This document shows, piece by piece, positions 1-10,079 of a DNA stretch of 64,000 bases. Source of the DNA: Octopus vulgaris (taxonomy: Eukaryota); the NCBI GenBank assembly GCA_951406725.2, contig OX597818.1:95294001-95358000 (forward strand), given 5' to 3'. The notes beneath the pieces are model-generated. The model was given only the letters and a program-made list of their open reading frames with translations, was not told the origin of the DNA and did not search any database. The translations under genes were made by a program, and so were the position numbers. Within the stretch, counting starts at the first letter, position 1. Every line of letters begins with the position of its first letter.

Positions 1-470
1 CCTTTAAATCATCTCTGCTGTTAGAGAATGTATCATAATTACCAAATAGCAATTAAGACCATCTCTAGCTGAGAAGGGGAGATGATTATTAACCATTGTG
101 CCAACAACCACCTTGAGCACCTTTTTGAGCTCCATGTGTCTAACACGCGTGGACTTACCTACAAAGTCAGAAAACAGCACAGCTCCCATGACTCTCAGAA
201 ACATTTTTCACACTTGGAGTTGCTGAAGTATGGAACAAACTACCTGCATCAGTTGTTAGTTGCCTAGACATTGCATCCTTTAAAACCTCTATGCTTCTTG
301 AAATTCGCCAACACTTCACCTGATATTCCCTGCTCCATTACCATTCACATATGTATATTATGACTCATACACTGTTCACTTTCCTGACTTTTGTACATAA
401 TTCTATGTACTGTACATGCACCTTTGATGAGTTGTAGTGCACCTGAGCACTATACAATAATTTCATTAGT
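1..470 (+). mobile_element. 3' end of CR1/L2-group LINE (RT C-terminal remnant plus 3' UTR)
   Basis: ORF 82-267 EHLFELHVSNTRGLTYKVRKQHSSHDSQKHF fits the TRGH..K...RKHFF..RV..WN.LP C-terminal motif; the 3' end cctgagcactatacaataatttcatta is shared with the copy at 20281-20655. Confidence 0.8.
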
Positions 471-668
471 ATTTTATTACCTACTGAAGAGTAGGTATGA
501 TGTTCTATATATGAGAATCTGGGTCCATTTTTTACAGAAGCAATTGTATAGGAATATGAAAATAAAAACTAAAATCCATTTTAACATCCTATGTTCATTT
601 CATTAATATGAATGAATTTGTTGAACTTTGTTTAATAAGTTGAGTTGTACACCAATAATATATATATA

Positions 669-880
669 TACAAGGGACTTCAAAACAAACTCCTGACTTT
701 GGGTAAAAGAAAATACAGGAGGATCAGTTTATTATGGTTTTATTCAACATATTCCCCTCAGATTCACACACTTATTGCAGTGTCCTTCAGTTTTTCTAAG
801 CTCTGTAAAAGGAACTCAGAAGGTTTGGCCTTCAACCAGGCCTTTCACAATACCCTTGAAGCCAGGAACTTTTCAGCACC

Positions 881-884
<4 letters not shown>
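669..884 (-). mobile_element. mariner-derived MITE (~215 bp)
   Basis: Imperfect TIRs (aagggacttcaaaacaaactcctg / ccaggaacttttcagcacccctta) flanked by TA; minus strand reads ..HCNKCVNLRGEYVE*, a mariner transposase C-terminus. Confidence 0.65.

Positions 885-938
<54 letters not shown>
884..938. repeat. (TA)n microsatellite
   Basis: Pure TA run. Confidence 0.95.
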
Positions 939-942
<4 letters not shown>

Positions 943-1431
943 AAATATTAGGGAATAAATCCAAACTTACAGGGAAAAATCAGATTTAGGATTGAATCCA
1001 ATTTTATAGTAAAATATTATATTATATTAAATTAGAGATAAAACCACTATTAGGCAAATCAAACAATGAAAAACTTAAGCCAATACATAAAATTAATTAA
1101 TTTATATTATTTTAAATATATATCAAAAGTATTAAAAATTTAATAAAAGATAATGAGTAAAACACTACGATCGTTTCATGGCTATCCAATTCGTAATAAT
1201 TCGAGTTATGGTTACAAATATTTCAATTACCTGAAGATTGACTGTAACCATAACTCGAATTATTACGAATTGGACAGCCATGAAACGATCGTAGTGTTTT
1301 ACTCATTATCTTTTATTAAATTTTTAATACTTTTGATATATATTTAAAATAATATAAATTAATTAATTTTATGTATTGGCTTAAGTTTTTCATTGTTTGA
1401 TTTGCCTAATAGTGGTTTTATCTCTAATTTA

Positions 1432-1440
<9 letters not shown>
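938..1440. mobile_element. Penelope-like (pLTR) remnant inserted as a fold-back palindrome between (TA)n tracts
   Basis: Arms 1019-1216 and 1243-1440 are reverse complements (one mismatch seen); contains a hammerhead motif; partial sister copy at 14521-14608. Confidence 0.7.
1228..1296 (+). ncRNA. type I hammerhead ribozyme motif
   Basis: tac CTGAAGA ttgactgt...acagccat GAAA C gatc G TA gtg: intact core, palindromic stem III, GUA triplet, weak stem I. Confidence 0.65.
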
Positions 1441-1489
<49 letters not shown>

Positions 1490-2018
1490 TAGTTATATAT
1501 AAAAGAAGAAAAGAAAATGGAGATTGGGAAGTTAATTGTTTATTATTAACAGCAAATTAATCATCATCCCTTACAACTGTTTCAATTAATACTCAGTAAA
1601 TATGACCTGCACATAATATCTTCAGGGGGAAAAAATATACCCTTGGATGGTTTATGGATTTATTATAAACTGTATCATTCAGTCTGCTATAGTGAATTCA
1701 TAAATACATTTAAGATATCCAGGGATATATTTTTCCCCCTCTGAAGACATTATGCTCAGGCCATATAAATTTAATATTTGCTTAATATTTACTGAGTACT
1801 AATTGAAACAGCTGTAAGGGATGATTAATTTGCTGTTAATAACAAACAATTATTAATTTACCAATCTCCATTTTCTTTTCTTTTATTTGAATATAAACTA
1901 CATATTTTTATATATATACCTATTATTTCAAGGAAATTAATTCCCCAAAAATACTAGGTATTGAACCAGTATTTCCTTGGATGAAACTATCCCTTCATGA
2001 GGTTAACAACCTCTAATC

Positions 2019-2022
<4 letters not shown>
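1490..2022. mobile_element. second PLE-like inverted-repeat element with two head-to-head hammerheads
   Basis: Imperfect inverted arms ~1500-1648 and ~1717-1885, flanked by (TA)n/(GA)n and (TA)n. Confidence 0.65.
1737..1820 (+). ncRNA. type I hammerhead ribozyme motif
   Basis: ccct CTGAAGA [ctcag...ctgag stem] GAAA C agct G TA aggg: 4-bp stem I, palindromic stem III loop; mirror copy at 1568-1628 on minus. Confidence 0.7.
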
Positions 2023-2075
<53 letters not shown>

Positions 2076-2161
2076 TATATATATCCTACTTGTGTCTGTT
2101 ATATAAAATTTTTATTGATTTGCTATATAACAGCATTATTGCTTGCTGGCCACTAATATTA

Positions 2162-2211
<50 letters not shown>

Positions 2212-2405
2212 ATTATTATTTATTAATTATATATTTACTGCTAATGATAATAATAATAATAATTCTATATGAATATACATTCAAATATTTATTCATTTAT
2301 CGTGAATTTATGGACCAAAATTGTTTTGAATTTGACGCAAGCCTGTTTAATGCTTAACAGACACAACGAGGTGGAGTAGGATTTTAACATTGGGTATTTA
2401 GTAAG

Positions 2406-2458
2406 ACCTGCTGAGGAGAATGGAGGAGTAATCCAGAATTCAAAATCATGATGCAGGT
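2406..2458 (+). ncRNA. degenerate hammerhead motif
   Basis: acctg CTGAGGA gaat..attc AAAA tcatga TG caggt: stems I and II pair, but GAAA is AAAA and the triplet ends in G, so probably inactive. Confidence 0.45.
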
Positions 2459-2663
2459 ATATCTATTACCTAATTCTACACCCTTCAGCTGAATTAAAAT
2501 GTTAAATTTTTTCTGTTCGTTTGCTCAATTTCTGTTGGTCTCTTATGGTTTTCAGTGGGTTTGGTGGCCTTTTGAGTATTTTAACTCTTATTTCTAGCAA
2601 GCTGGTACGTTGTGTACCCTCTATTATAATTATTTATTAATTATAAAATTTTATATATATATA

Positions 2664-2962
2664 TGTGCTGGTGGCACATAAAAAGCACCATTCGAACGTG
2701 GCCGATGCCAGCGCTGCCTTGACTGGCTTCTGCACCGGTGGCACGTAAAAAGCGCCAACCAATCGTGACCGCTGCCAGCCTCCCCTGGCATGTAAAAAGC
2801 ATCCACTACACTCATGGAGTGGTTGGCGTTAGGAAGGGCATCCAGCTGTAGAAACACTGCCAGAACAGACTGGAGCCTGGTGCAGCCCCCTGGCTTCCCA
2901 GACCCCAGCCAAACCGTCCAACCCATGCTAGCACGGAAAACGGATGTTAAACGATGATGATA
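2664..2962 (+). mobile_element. SINE-like family C (internal gtgccggtggcacgtaaaaagc repeats, ggaagggcatccagc core, (GAT)n tail)
   Basis: Shared with copies at 7345, 47785, 50860, 62180 and 63425. Confidence 0.8.
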
Positions 2963-2980
2963 ATACACCATTGATTTTAT

Positions 2981-3250
2981 GTTAAGAAAAGTAAGAAAAT
3001 ATCCTAGTGTCTTAATTTTTTGATCTGATCACATGGAGAAAGGTGTTCATCTCCATTTTGGAAAACACAGCCTCGTTTAGTTCATGGAGATTTCCAAAAT
3101 GGAGGCAAACATCTTTCTCCAAAGGATCAGCTTGAAAAATTAAGACACTGGGATATTTTCCTACTTTTCTTAACGTGGTAGCCTTAATAAAGAAATTATA
3201 TCCACCAATGCAATGTCGCACTCATTTTCATCGTTCAACATTTACGTGTA
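2981..3250 (+). mobile_element. fold-back element (arms 2981-3064 / 3091-3174) with unique tail ending in (TA)n
   Basis: gttaagaaaagtaagaaaatatcctagtgtcttaatt...aattaagacactgggatattttcctacttttcttaac inverted repeat. Confidence 0.6.
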
Positions 3251-3256
3251 TATATA

Positions 3257-3319
<63 letters not shown>

Positions 3320-3471
3320 TACAAAATTAGAAAATGGAGAAACATACTTAAATCAATCAAACATCGACCAACAGATGATACCCAATCAATACTTTATTAC
3401 ACCATTACATAACAGTAAAGGCATTATACAAAATATATTGTAAATAAAATTAGACAAGGAAATAGAAATAT

Positions 3472-3513
<42 letters not shown>

Positions 3514-3515
<2 letters not shown>

Positions 3516-3911
3516 GGGTAATGGAACAATAACTCCCTATTTTAAAATACTTATAAATTATTTATTAATTGTGATGTTTTTCCTCAAATATTTTGTGTTT
3601 ATATTTTTTTGAAGTATGAGAATTTAACCTATAATCGGGGTTGGTTAAAGGAACTATTCTACTGTACCAAATCAAAGACTTTTGAAGAGCAAATACGAGA
3701 CGTTATGTCTTCTTTCATCCCACAAGAGTTCTTGGTGAAATAAGTTGACACAATTCCTGGGCAACTCAAGAAGCTGGTGGCAACATCAGGAGCCCATATC
3801 AAATTTTAAATAAAACCTCATACTAAAAGCCTTCTCATATCCATTTTTTTGTAAAAATTAGTATTAATAAATAAATATTTCAAAATAAGGAATTACTTTT
3901 CAATCACCCTG
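3514..3911 (+). mobile_element. Tc1/mariner-type non-autonomous element
   Basis: TIRs cagggtaatggaacaataactccctattttaaaata and the reverse complement of cagggtgattgaaaagtaattccttattttgaaata; internal VDTIPGQLKKLVATSGAHIKF* resembles a Tc1 C-terminus. Confidence 0.65.
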
Positions 3912-3984
3912 ATGTATCATCATCATCATCATCATCATCGTTTAGCGTCATATATATATATATGTGTGTGTATATATATATTGT

Positions 3985-4180
3985 GTGTGTCGGTGTTTGC
4001 TCCCACCATCTCTTGACAACCAGTGTTGGTGTGTTTATGTCCCTGTAATTTAGTGGGTCGGTAAAAGAGACTGATAGTATAAGTACTAGGATTACAAAGA
4101 AAAAGTCAATTTGTTAGACTAAAGGCAGTGCTCCAGTGTGACCACAGTCAAGTGACTGAAACAAATAAAAGAATAAAACA
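3985..4180 (+). mobile_element. SINE family A, 3' half
   Basis: cttgacaaccagtgttggtg...gactgaaacaaataaaagaataaa tail shared with full copies. Confidence 0.75.
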
Positions 4181-4212
4181 ATATACAGACATATATATAT
4201 ATATATATATAT

Positions 4213-4492
4213 ATAAAAGAAGGTTTGAAAATGCAATTTTAAAGATGTTTATTCACTTGACCGGTTTCACTTTTTTAGAGAAAGATTGTCAAAAGTAAAA
4301 TGCAAAGCTTTGTATAAGCTTTGTTGTGTTAAGTACTGGTTGTCATAAAAGTATTAAAATACATATAAACATTCTTTGATAATAATAAGAAAATGTTAAA
4401 AACAGTTTAAAAGAAAGTACTTAAGAAAATATTCAACAAAAAGCATTAGGAGTTCAATATTGAACTCCTAATACTTTTTGTTGAATATTTTC
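4213..4492 (-). mobile_element. PLE-like element with variant hammerhead and terminal loop-less palindrome (4425-4492)
   Basis: Reverse complement of 63130-63352; 3' end abuts (TA)n; 34-bp arm fold-back at the other end. Confidence 0.65.
4255..4296 (-). ncRNA. minimal hammerhead with U3-A8 variant core
   Basis: Minus strand: actt TTGACAA tctttctctaaaaaagt GAAA ccgg TC aagt. Confidence 0.55.
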
Positions 4493-4790
4493 GATTCCCA
4501 GACCGGCATTGAGTGTTTATTGAGCGAAAACACCCAAGACTCCACAAGACTCCAGCAGGGGGTGGTGGCGAACCCTTCTGTATTTTTTCACTACAACTTT
4601 CTCTCACTCTTTCTTGCTGTTTCTGTTGTACATGTATTTCAAAGGGCCAGCCTTGTCACACTCTGTGTCACACTGAATCTCCCCAGAACTATGTTAAGGA
4701 TACACATGTCTGTGGAGTGCTCAGCCACTTGCATGTTAATCTTACAAGTGGGCTGTTCCATTGATCAGATCAACTGGAACCCTCATCGGA
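4488..4790 (+). mobile_element. tRNA-derived SINE family E (5'-truncated)
   Basis: ttcgattcccagacc B-box remnant; body is the reverse complement of 31328-31698. Confidence 0.75.
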
Positions 4791-4854
4791 GGTGTTAACT
4801 TCATCATAAGTTTTACTTCCACTTCCAACAAATCATTCTACAAACATTTGTTTG

Positions 4855-5150
4855 TTCCTTCTCAAGCTACACTTGGCTCATAGGGCCGGTTTCCCAGTTT
4901 CCTTGGCGTATAGGTTCCCCACCTGGACGGGATGCCGGTCCATCACAGTTGAGCTGCAAGATGCAGGAGAAAAGAGTGAGATAAAGTTGTGGCAAAAGAG
5001 TCAGCAGAAGTTTGCCATTACCTACTGCCGGAGCCACATGGAGCTTAGATGTTTCACTCATAAACACACACATCACTCGGTCTGACATTCGAACCTGCAA
5101 TCTCTCGACTGCAAGTCTACTGCTTTAACCACTAGGCCATGTGCCTCCAC
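4855..5150 (-). mobile_element. tRNA-derived SINE (E-type head, different tail)
   Basis: Minus strand tggcctagtggttaaagc (A box) ... ggttcgaatg (B box). Confidence 0.75.
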
Positions 5151-5639
5151 ACAAACATTTAGCTTTCCCTTAAATGACCAACATGTTTATTGACACACTA
5201 CATTGAATCTCATAGTCAAGACACACACTCAGGAATCATTCCATTTATTGCTTCATTTCAGATCTATGGAAAACAATGTCCACATATTTCACCTCACAAT
5301 CTTATATTATCTTTATTGCCATATATTGTCCCCAACATTGACTTGCTCTAATTTCTTTTTACAGTATGGCTGAGTTTTTCTTCCCCTTCAAGCTTTGGTA
5401 AAATATTAAATTTTATGTTAAACATAATCTTTTTACAATTCCTATTCACCCTTCTGTTTTTCTTTCCACTTATGTTTCCTATCCAGTCATCTTGAATAAA
5501 AATATTTTAGTATACCTTGCATGTAACTAGTTAAATCCAACAGTAGTGGTGACAAGCAAGAAATCCCTGTCTGTTTGTAAAACAGTAGAATCCAAGAAAA
5601 TTAGTGATCTCCTGTGTTAGATAATAGTAGTTGTGTCAT

Positions 5640-5830
5640 TATAATTTTAACATCCACTTTTCCATGCTGACACGGGCTGGATGGAATTTTGTTGAAGTGA
5701 ATTTTCTGTGGCTGGATCCCCTTCCTGTCACCAACTCTCACTTGTTTCCAAGTAAGGTAATATTTCGCCATGACCAGATGTGTTTTCACAGAAGATTGGG
5801 AACAAAAGACACTGCTTGCATGAAGGCATC
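5640..5830 (-). mobile_element. short repeat family D (related to family C core)
   Basis: ggatccccttcctgtcaccaactctcacttgtttccaagtaagg; related copies at ~13930, 20740, 38980, 49060 and 61460. Confidence 0.6.
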
Positions 5831-5867
5831 ATTTGTTTAAAACTATCATGTGTTGGAAATGGGGTGA

Positions 5868-5899
<32 letters not shown>

Positions 5900-5910
<11 letters not shown>

Positions 5911-6095
5911 GACAGACATATATATGCGTGTGTGTGTAATAGGCTTCTTTCAGTTTCTATCTACCAAATCCACACACAAGACTTTTGTATGTCCAGGGCC
6001 ATAGCAAAAGACACTTGCCCAAGATGCCATGCAGTGGGATTGAACTTGGAACCATGTAGTCGGGAAGCAGATGTCTTACTGCAAAGCCACGCCTA
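5900..6095 (-). mobile_element. SINE family A, head region
   Basis: Reverse complement of ggttc(a)agt..cccactgc..cttgggcaagtgtc..ggatttggtagatagaaactgaaagaagcc. Confidence 0.75.
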
Positions 6096-6659
6096 TGCCT
6101 TGGACACCAAAATATAAATGAGAAAAGGAAAGGGTGAAGGTATGAAACAGGAGGAGAACTGTTTGATAAAAGTTAGTTGGAAAGCCCAGGCCAGTAGAAT
6201 TAGGGCATATGCAAACAAGATTTATGGGTGTTAAGGAGGGATCAGGTAATAGGGGAAAGAGGATAAAGTTTATTTTCTCATGTATTTTTATTTTATTTTA
6301 TTTCATCCCATTTATCTCACTTTTAATTTATTCCACATTTTGCTCTTAGCCCACTTTCCCCTTCTCCGTTTTAGTCTTCCCCTCCTCATTTCCACTGGTT
6401 TCCCTTCTCTCCACCTCTTTTTCCTTCCTAAAAGTGATTATAATATGTACTACCATAACTATTTTATTCATGAATCTTATTACAAATAAATTTCCCATGC
6501 CCTGAAATGCCAGTCACAACCTGTCTTGTCCAAACCCATTTGACCACAGAAATATATGAGTGAGTAATCACCATGGCTGCTCCAATCCCAAACAAATTCT
6601 CCATGAATAAAACAGAACTAGTTCTGTATGAGCCTTTTCTCTATAAATGAATTATGGGA

Positions 6660-6746
6660 GTGTGTATATATTATTATTTATATTTTATGTATATATATAT
6701 GTGTATGTATGTATATATATATATATAATTATATTTATAAATATAG

Positions 6747-6777
<31 letters not shown>

Positions 6778-6778
6778 G

Positions 6779-6859
<81 letters not shown>

Positions 6860-6897
6860 GTATGTGTATATATATATATATATATATATTTATATGT
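6660..6897. repeat. compound (TA)n/(TATG)n microsatellite
   Basis: Direct inspection. Confidence 0.9.
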
Positions 6898-7345
6898 AGA
6901 AAAATACAAACTGGGACAAGAACGTAAAACATTTAGAAGACGATACAAAAAACACGGACGGGACATTCGAAGCCTTCAATCTTCAGTCAAGAACCAGATC
7001 ATCCTAGCAATTTCGGCTGATTAATCTTGAGATCGCTCCAATCCGGCCAGCCCCAAGGAAAAACTAAGCTACAAGCATTAGATTTCTTGGAAAAAGGATC
7101 GAGTGTATACGAAACAGGGACAGAAAAACGGACGATGCCACACGAATATAAAATACAAAAAACAATAATGGTGAAAACAGGACAAAAACAGCGGGTGTCT
7201 TACGACTAATAGACAGTACAATTTAGTTTAGCTGGCGTATTTGGAAAAAATGCCTTCTTCAGCAGATGAAGACAACGATTTTCTATGGCGCTGGTTAGAA
7301 GCCGAAAGGCTGGTTGACCAGCGGTCACGTGAGAGAAGAGAGAGA
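6897..7345 (-). mobile_element. unclassified CpG-retaining interspersed repeat abutting (TA)n, possibly PLE-related
   Basis: Abrupt compositional change, CpG-rich, ends in a TA tract; no clean ORF or canonical ribozyme. Confidence 0.35.
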
Positions 7346-7650
7346 AAAGAACCATCTGAACGTGGTTGATGCCAGTCCCAGCAACTGGTTCCTGAACTGG
7401 TGGCATGTAAAAAGCACCATCTGAATGTGGTCGATGCTAGCACTCCCCCCCACCGACTGACTCCTGTGCTGGTGACACATACAAAGCACCCACTACACCC
7501 TTGGAGTGGTTGGTGTTAGGAAGGGCATCCAGCTGTAGAAACCTTACCAGATTGGAGCCTGGCACAGCCTACTGGTTTGCCAGTCCCCAGTCAAACTGTC
7601 CAACCCATGCCAGAATAGAAAATGGACATTAAACGATGATGATGATGATA
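7345..7650 (+). mobile_element. SINE-like family C
   Basis: ggtggcatgtaaaaagcacc repeats, ttaggaagggcatccagc, gatgatgat tail. Confidence 0.8.
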
Positions 7651-7656
7651 TATACA

Positions 7657-9210
7657 TCGTTAATCAAAAAGTTAACTTCATTAATTGTTAACCTGTTAAC
7701 CAAGAAGTTAATCCTTTAATTACTTGAAAATATAATGGAAGTTAACATTAACTTTTATTGAAGAAAAATAACTTTCTGGAAGTTATTGCCTCATACCTTC
7801 CAGAAAAATGGATACTTTTTTACAAAACTTTCGCCAAATGATCGCTTACATCCTGTAGATTGAGTATACGTAAAAATTTGTTGAAAAAGTTTTCCAGGGA
7901 GTTGGGGAGAGAAGTTTCAGAAAATTGACAGGATCTGACACTTTCGCCCTCATAACATTCTGGAAAAATGGGTTTTTTTAATGAAATTTTATACAAATAC
8001 CTTTGAAATTGTGTAAATTACAATTACAAAGAAATTTGTAGGCAAAATTTTTCGAAGGGAGAGGGGCTAGGAGTTTCGGAAAAAGGGATTTTCAGATCAG
8101 ATGGCCCACATAAGTTGGAATTTCTCTGTTTTGACGAGGATTTTTTCCAATGTTTTTCACCAAAGTCTTCAGAATAATGGAAAGTATCTTTTCATGAAAA
8201 AAAAAATTTGAAAATTTTTTTCTCTCCTGCCATCCCCCCCACCACCCCAGTCTGAAATGACTTTTGCCATTTGTTTTTATTACACTCTTAAAACACTTGA
8301 GAGAAACATTTTCAATTTTTTAAAAATTGTTAATAATTTTGGAGGAAAATGTGTGATTTAAGGGAGATCCAGCTGTTGTTTCTAGCACATCCCAAAACTT
8401 CCCTCCTCATTTCTTTCTCATTCACACATCTATTGATAGTTTTCAATATTTTTCTCCCCATAAACAAATTTTATGGAATGATGATATCAAAGTAACACAT
8501 GTGTAGTCCCAATCGAGCAAGGATGTGTTATGTGTGTGTGTGTAAGAAAAAATACTTAAAAACATCTTTAGCGTTCATATTAATCTGTCAAATGTAATGC
8601 TTATTTGTTCACATTATTTTGAACTATTCAGAGGCTCAAGACGGGTGTCCACAATATTTGTTTGTAACTTTGTAAATTTTTTACATACAGATTTGAAAGT
8701 TTGTCAGGGGGTGCATTATATTCCACTGGTTTATAGTTATGTAATCTTAGCTGATCTTACTGAGTAAATTTGACTTTTATGGGCAGGTAAATTTAATTAA
8801 CAGGTGTAAAAGCAACAACATTATGGATAAACACTAAAACTGAAATTCTTAATGCATTTTACCTGTTTGATTTGTTACTAAAATTATCCCAGTTAGCAAT
8901 TTTTCCACTTTTCAAGATGAAATACATTGATTTGAATTCATTAAAATACAAGTATAATCAGTACAAGATTTTATTCTTTCAGTAAATATTTTGTGCCTCG
9001 GTGTGGAATAATTTTTTCCACAGTTTTTTCAGGTGCATTCAACATATCTGACCTCCAAACCCACTGCAAGCCACTTTTTTGTGGAAAAGAAAGGCAGGAG
9101 GGGTGATGGAGACCTCCAATAATGATTTTCAAAGTTAACTCAAAAGTTAAATCATTAACAAAAATGTTAACTTCATTAATTAACGATTAACAGACTTATA
9201 CCCTCCTCTG
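7657..9210. mobile_element. ~1.55 kb non-autonomous DNA element with GTTAAC-rich subterminal repeats
   Basis: Clusters of aagttaac/gttaat at 7657-7755 and 9130-9190; right end reads CAGAGGAGGG on the minus strand (hAT-like terminus); left end truncated. Confidence 0.5.
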
Positions 9211-9234
9211 TATATATATATATATATATATAAA

Positions 9235-9445
9235 ATGTGACCGCATGTATACCGTTGGCGATTTTTTTTCCTCCGTCTTCCCTTCTCTGGATCTTTCCTT
9301 TTCCTATGTTTCTGACGAAGAGCTCTGCTCGAAACGTAAAACTCTCCTTCTTCCCTTCCTTCCTGAGCGTCCAATAATACTATATTTGTTCCACGTCCTC
9401 GCGTTGTTGTGTTTTCTCTTTGTGTTTTCATATTTGGATTAACTT
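9235..9445 (+). mobile_element. ~210 bp hammerhead-bearing PLE-like element between (TA)n tracts
   Basis: Three copies in the window (9235, 56838, 57300), all ending tttggattaact(t)tatata. Confidence 0.75.
9308..9342 (+). ncRNA. minimal type I hammerhead ribozyme motif
   Basis: gttt CTGACGA a gagc tct gctc GAAA cg TA aaac: stems I and II pair, ACGT palindromic stem III. Confidence 0.75.
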
Positions 9446-9468
9446 TATATATATATATATGTATATAT

Positions 9469-10040
9469 ATTTGTAATATAATATGTGACAATTTTTCGGT
9501 TGCCATAATAAAACTCTGAGTTTCAGATGTCGGGGCAGAAACCTGCACCAGCATCTCTTCAGTTATCAAGGCAATTATTATATGCTATGAAAATGACCAT
9601 TAAACAAAGGGAAATTACTATGTAAATGACCATTATTAAGACAAAAGAGTTATTAGAATGACTGTTAAATAAGGGGAAAAAACCGAAGGGGAGGAAGTAA
9701 AAAGTAAAGGAGTAAGAAAGCTCATAGCGATCATGTGTTTGTGCATGTACATACATACACACGTGTGCATGCACACCCACGTACATGTGCCTATATGCAT
9801 ATGCTCACTCAGACTTGCATGAAACACTCACATGCACACCCACATGTGAGTACGCATGTGTGTGTTTCATGGCATATTTTAATAACTGAAGAGATGCTGG
9901 TGCAGGTTTCTGCCCTGACATCTGAAACTCAGAGTTTTATTATAGCAACTGAATAATTGTCACATATTATATTACAAATAAATTCCTCTATTTACATATT
10001 GAGGTCTCTTTCATTCTTTTGTTGTCTTACCATTACTATT

Positions 10041-10045
<5 letters not shown>
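9469..10045. mobile_element. PLE-like inverted repeat (arms ~9469-9566 / ~9882-9980) with paired hammerheads
   Basis: Arms are near reverse complements; ~315 bp spacer; (TA)n on both flanks. Confidence 0.65.
9880..9942 (+). ncRNA. type I hammerhead ribozyme motif
   Basis: taataa CTGAAGA gatg...catct GAAA ctc a gag TT ttatta; mirror copy at 9506-9566 on minus. Confidence 0.6.
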
Positions 10046-10077
<32 letters not shown>

Positions 10078-10079
10078 TT

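Noticed and set aside
5070-5150. tRNA gene candidates at SINE heads
   Set aside because: A and B boxes are present but there is no closed cloverleaf; each continues into a SINE body
6628-7024. Multiple overlapping YIYIYI ORFs (also at 26-27 kb and 62.7-63.2 kb)
   Set aside because: Translations of stop-free microsatellites
6940-7280. CTGAAGA and GAAA motifs on the minus strand
   Set aside because: Could not be assembled into any hammerhead topology with pairing stems
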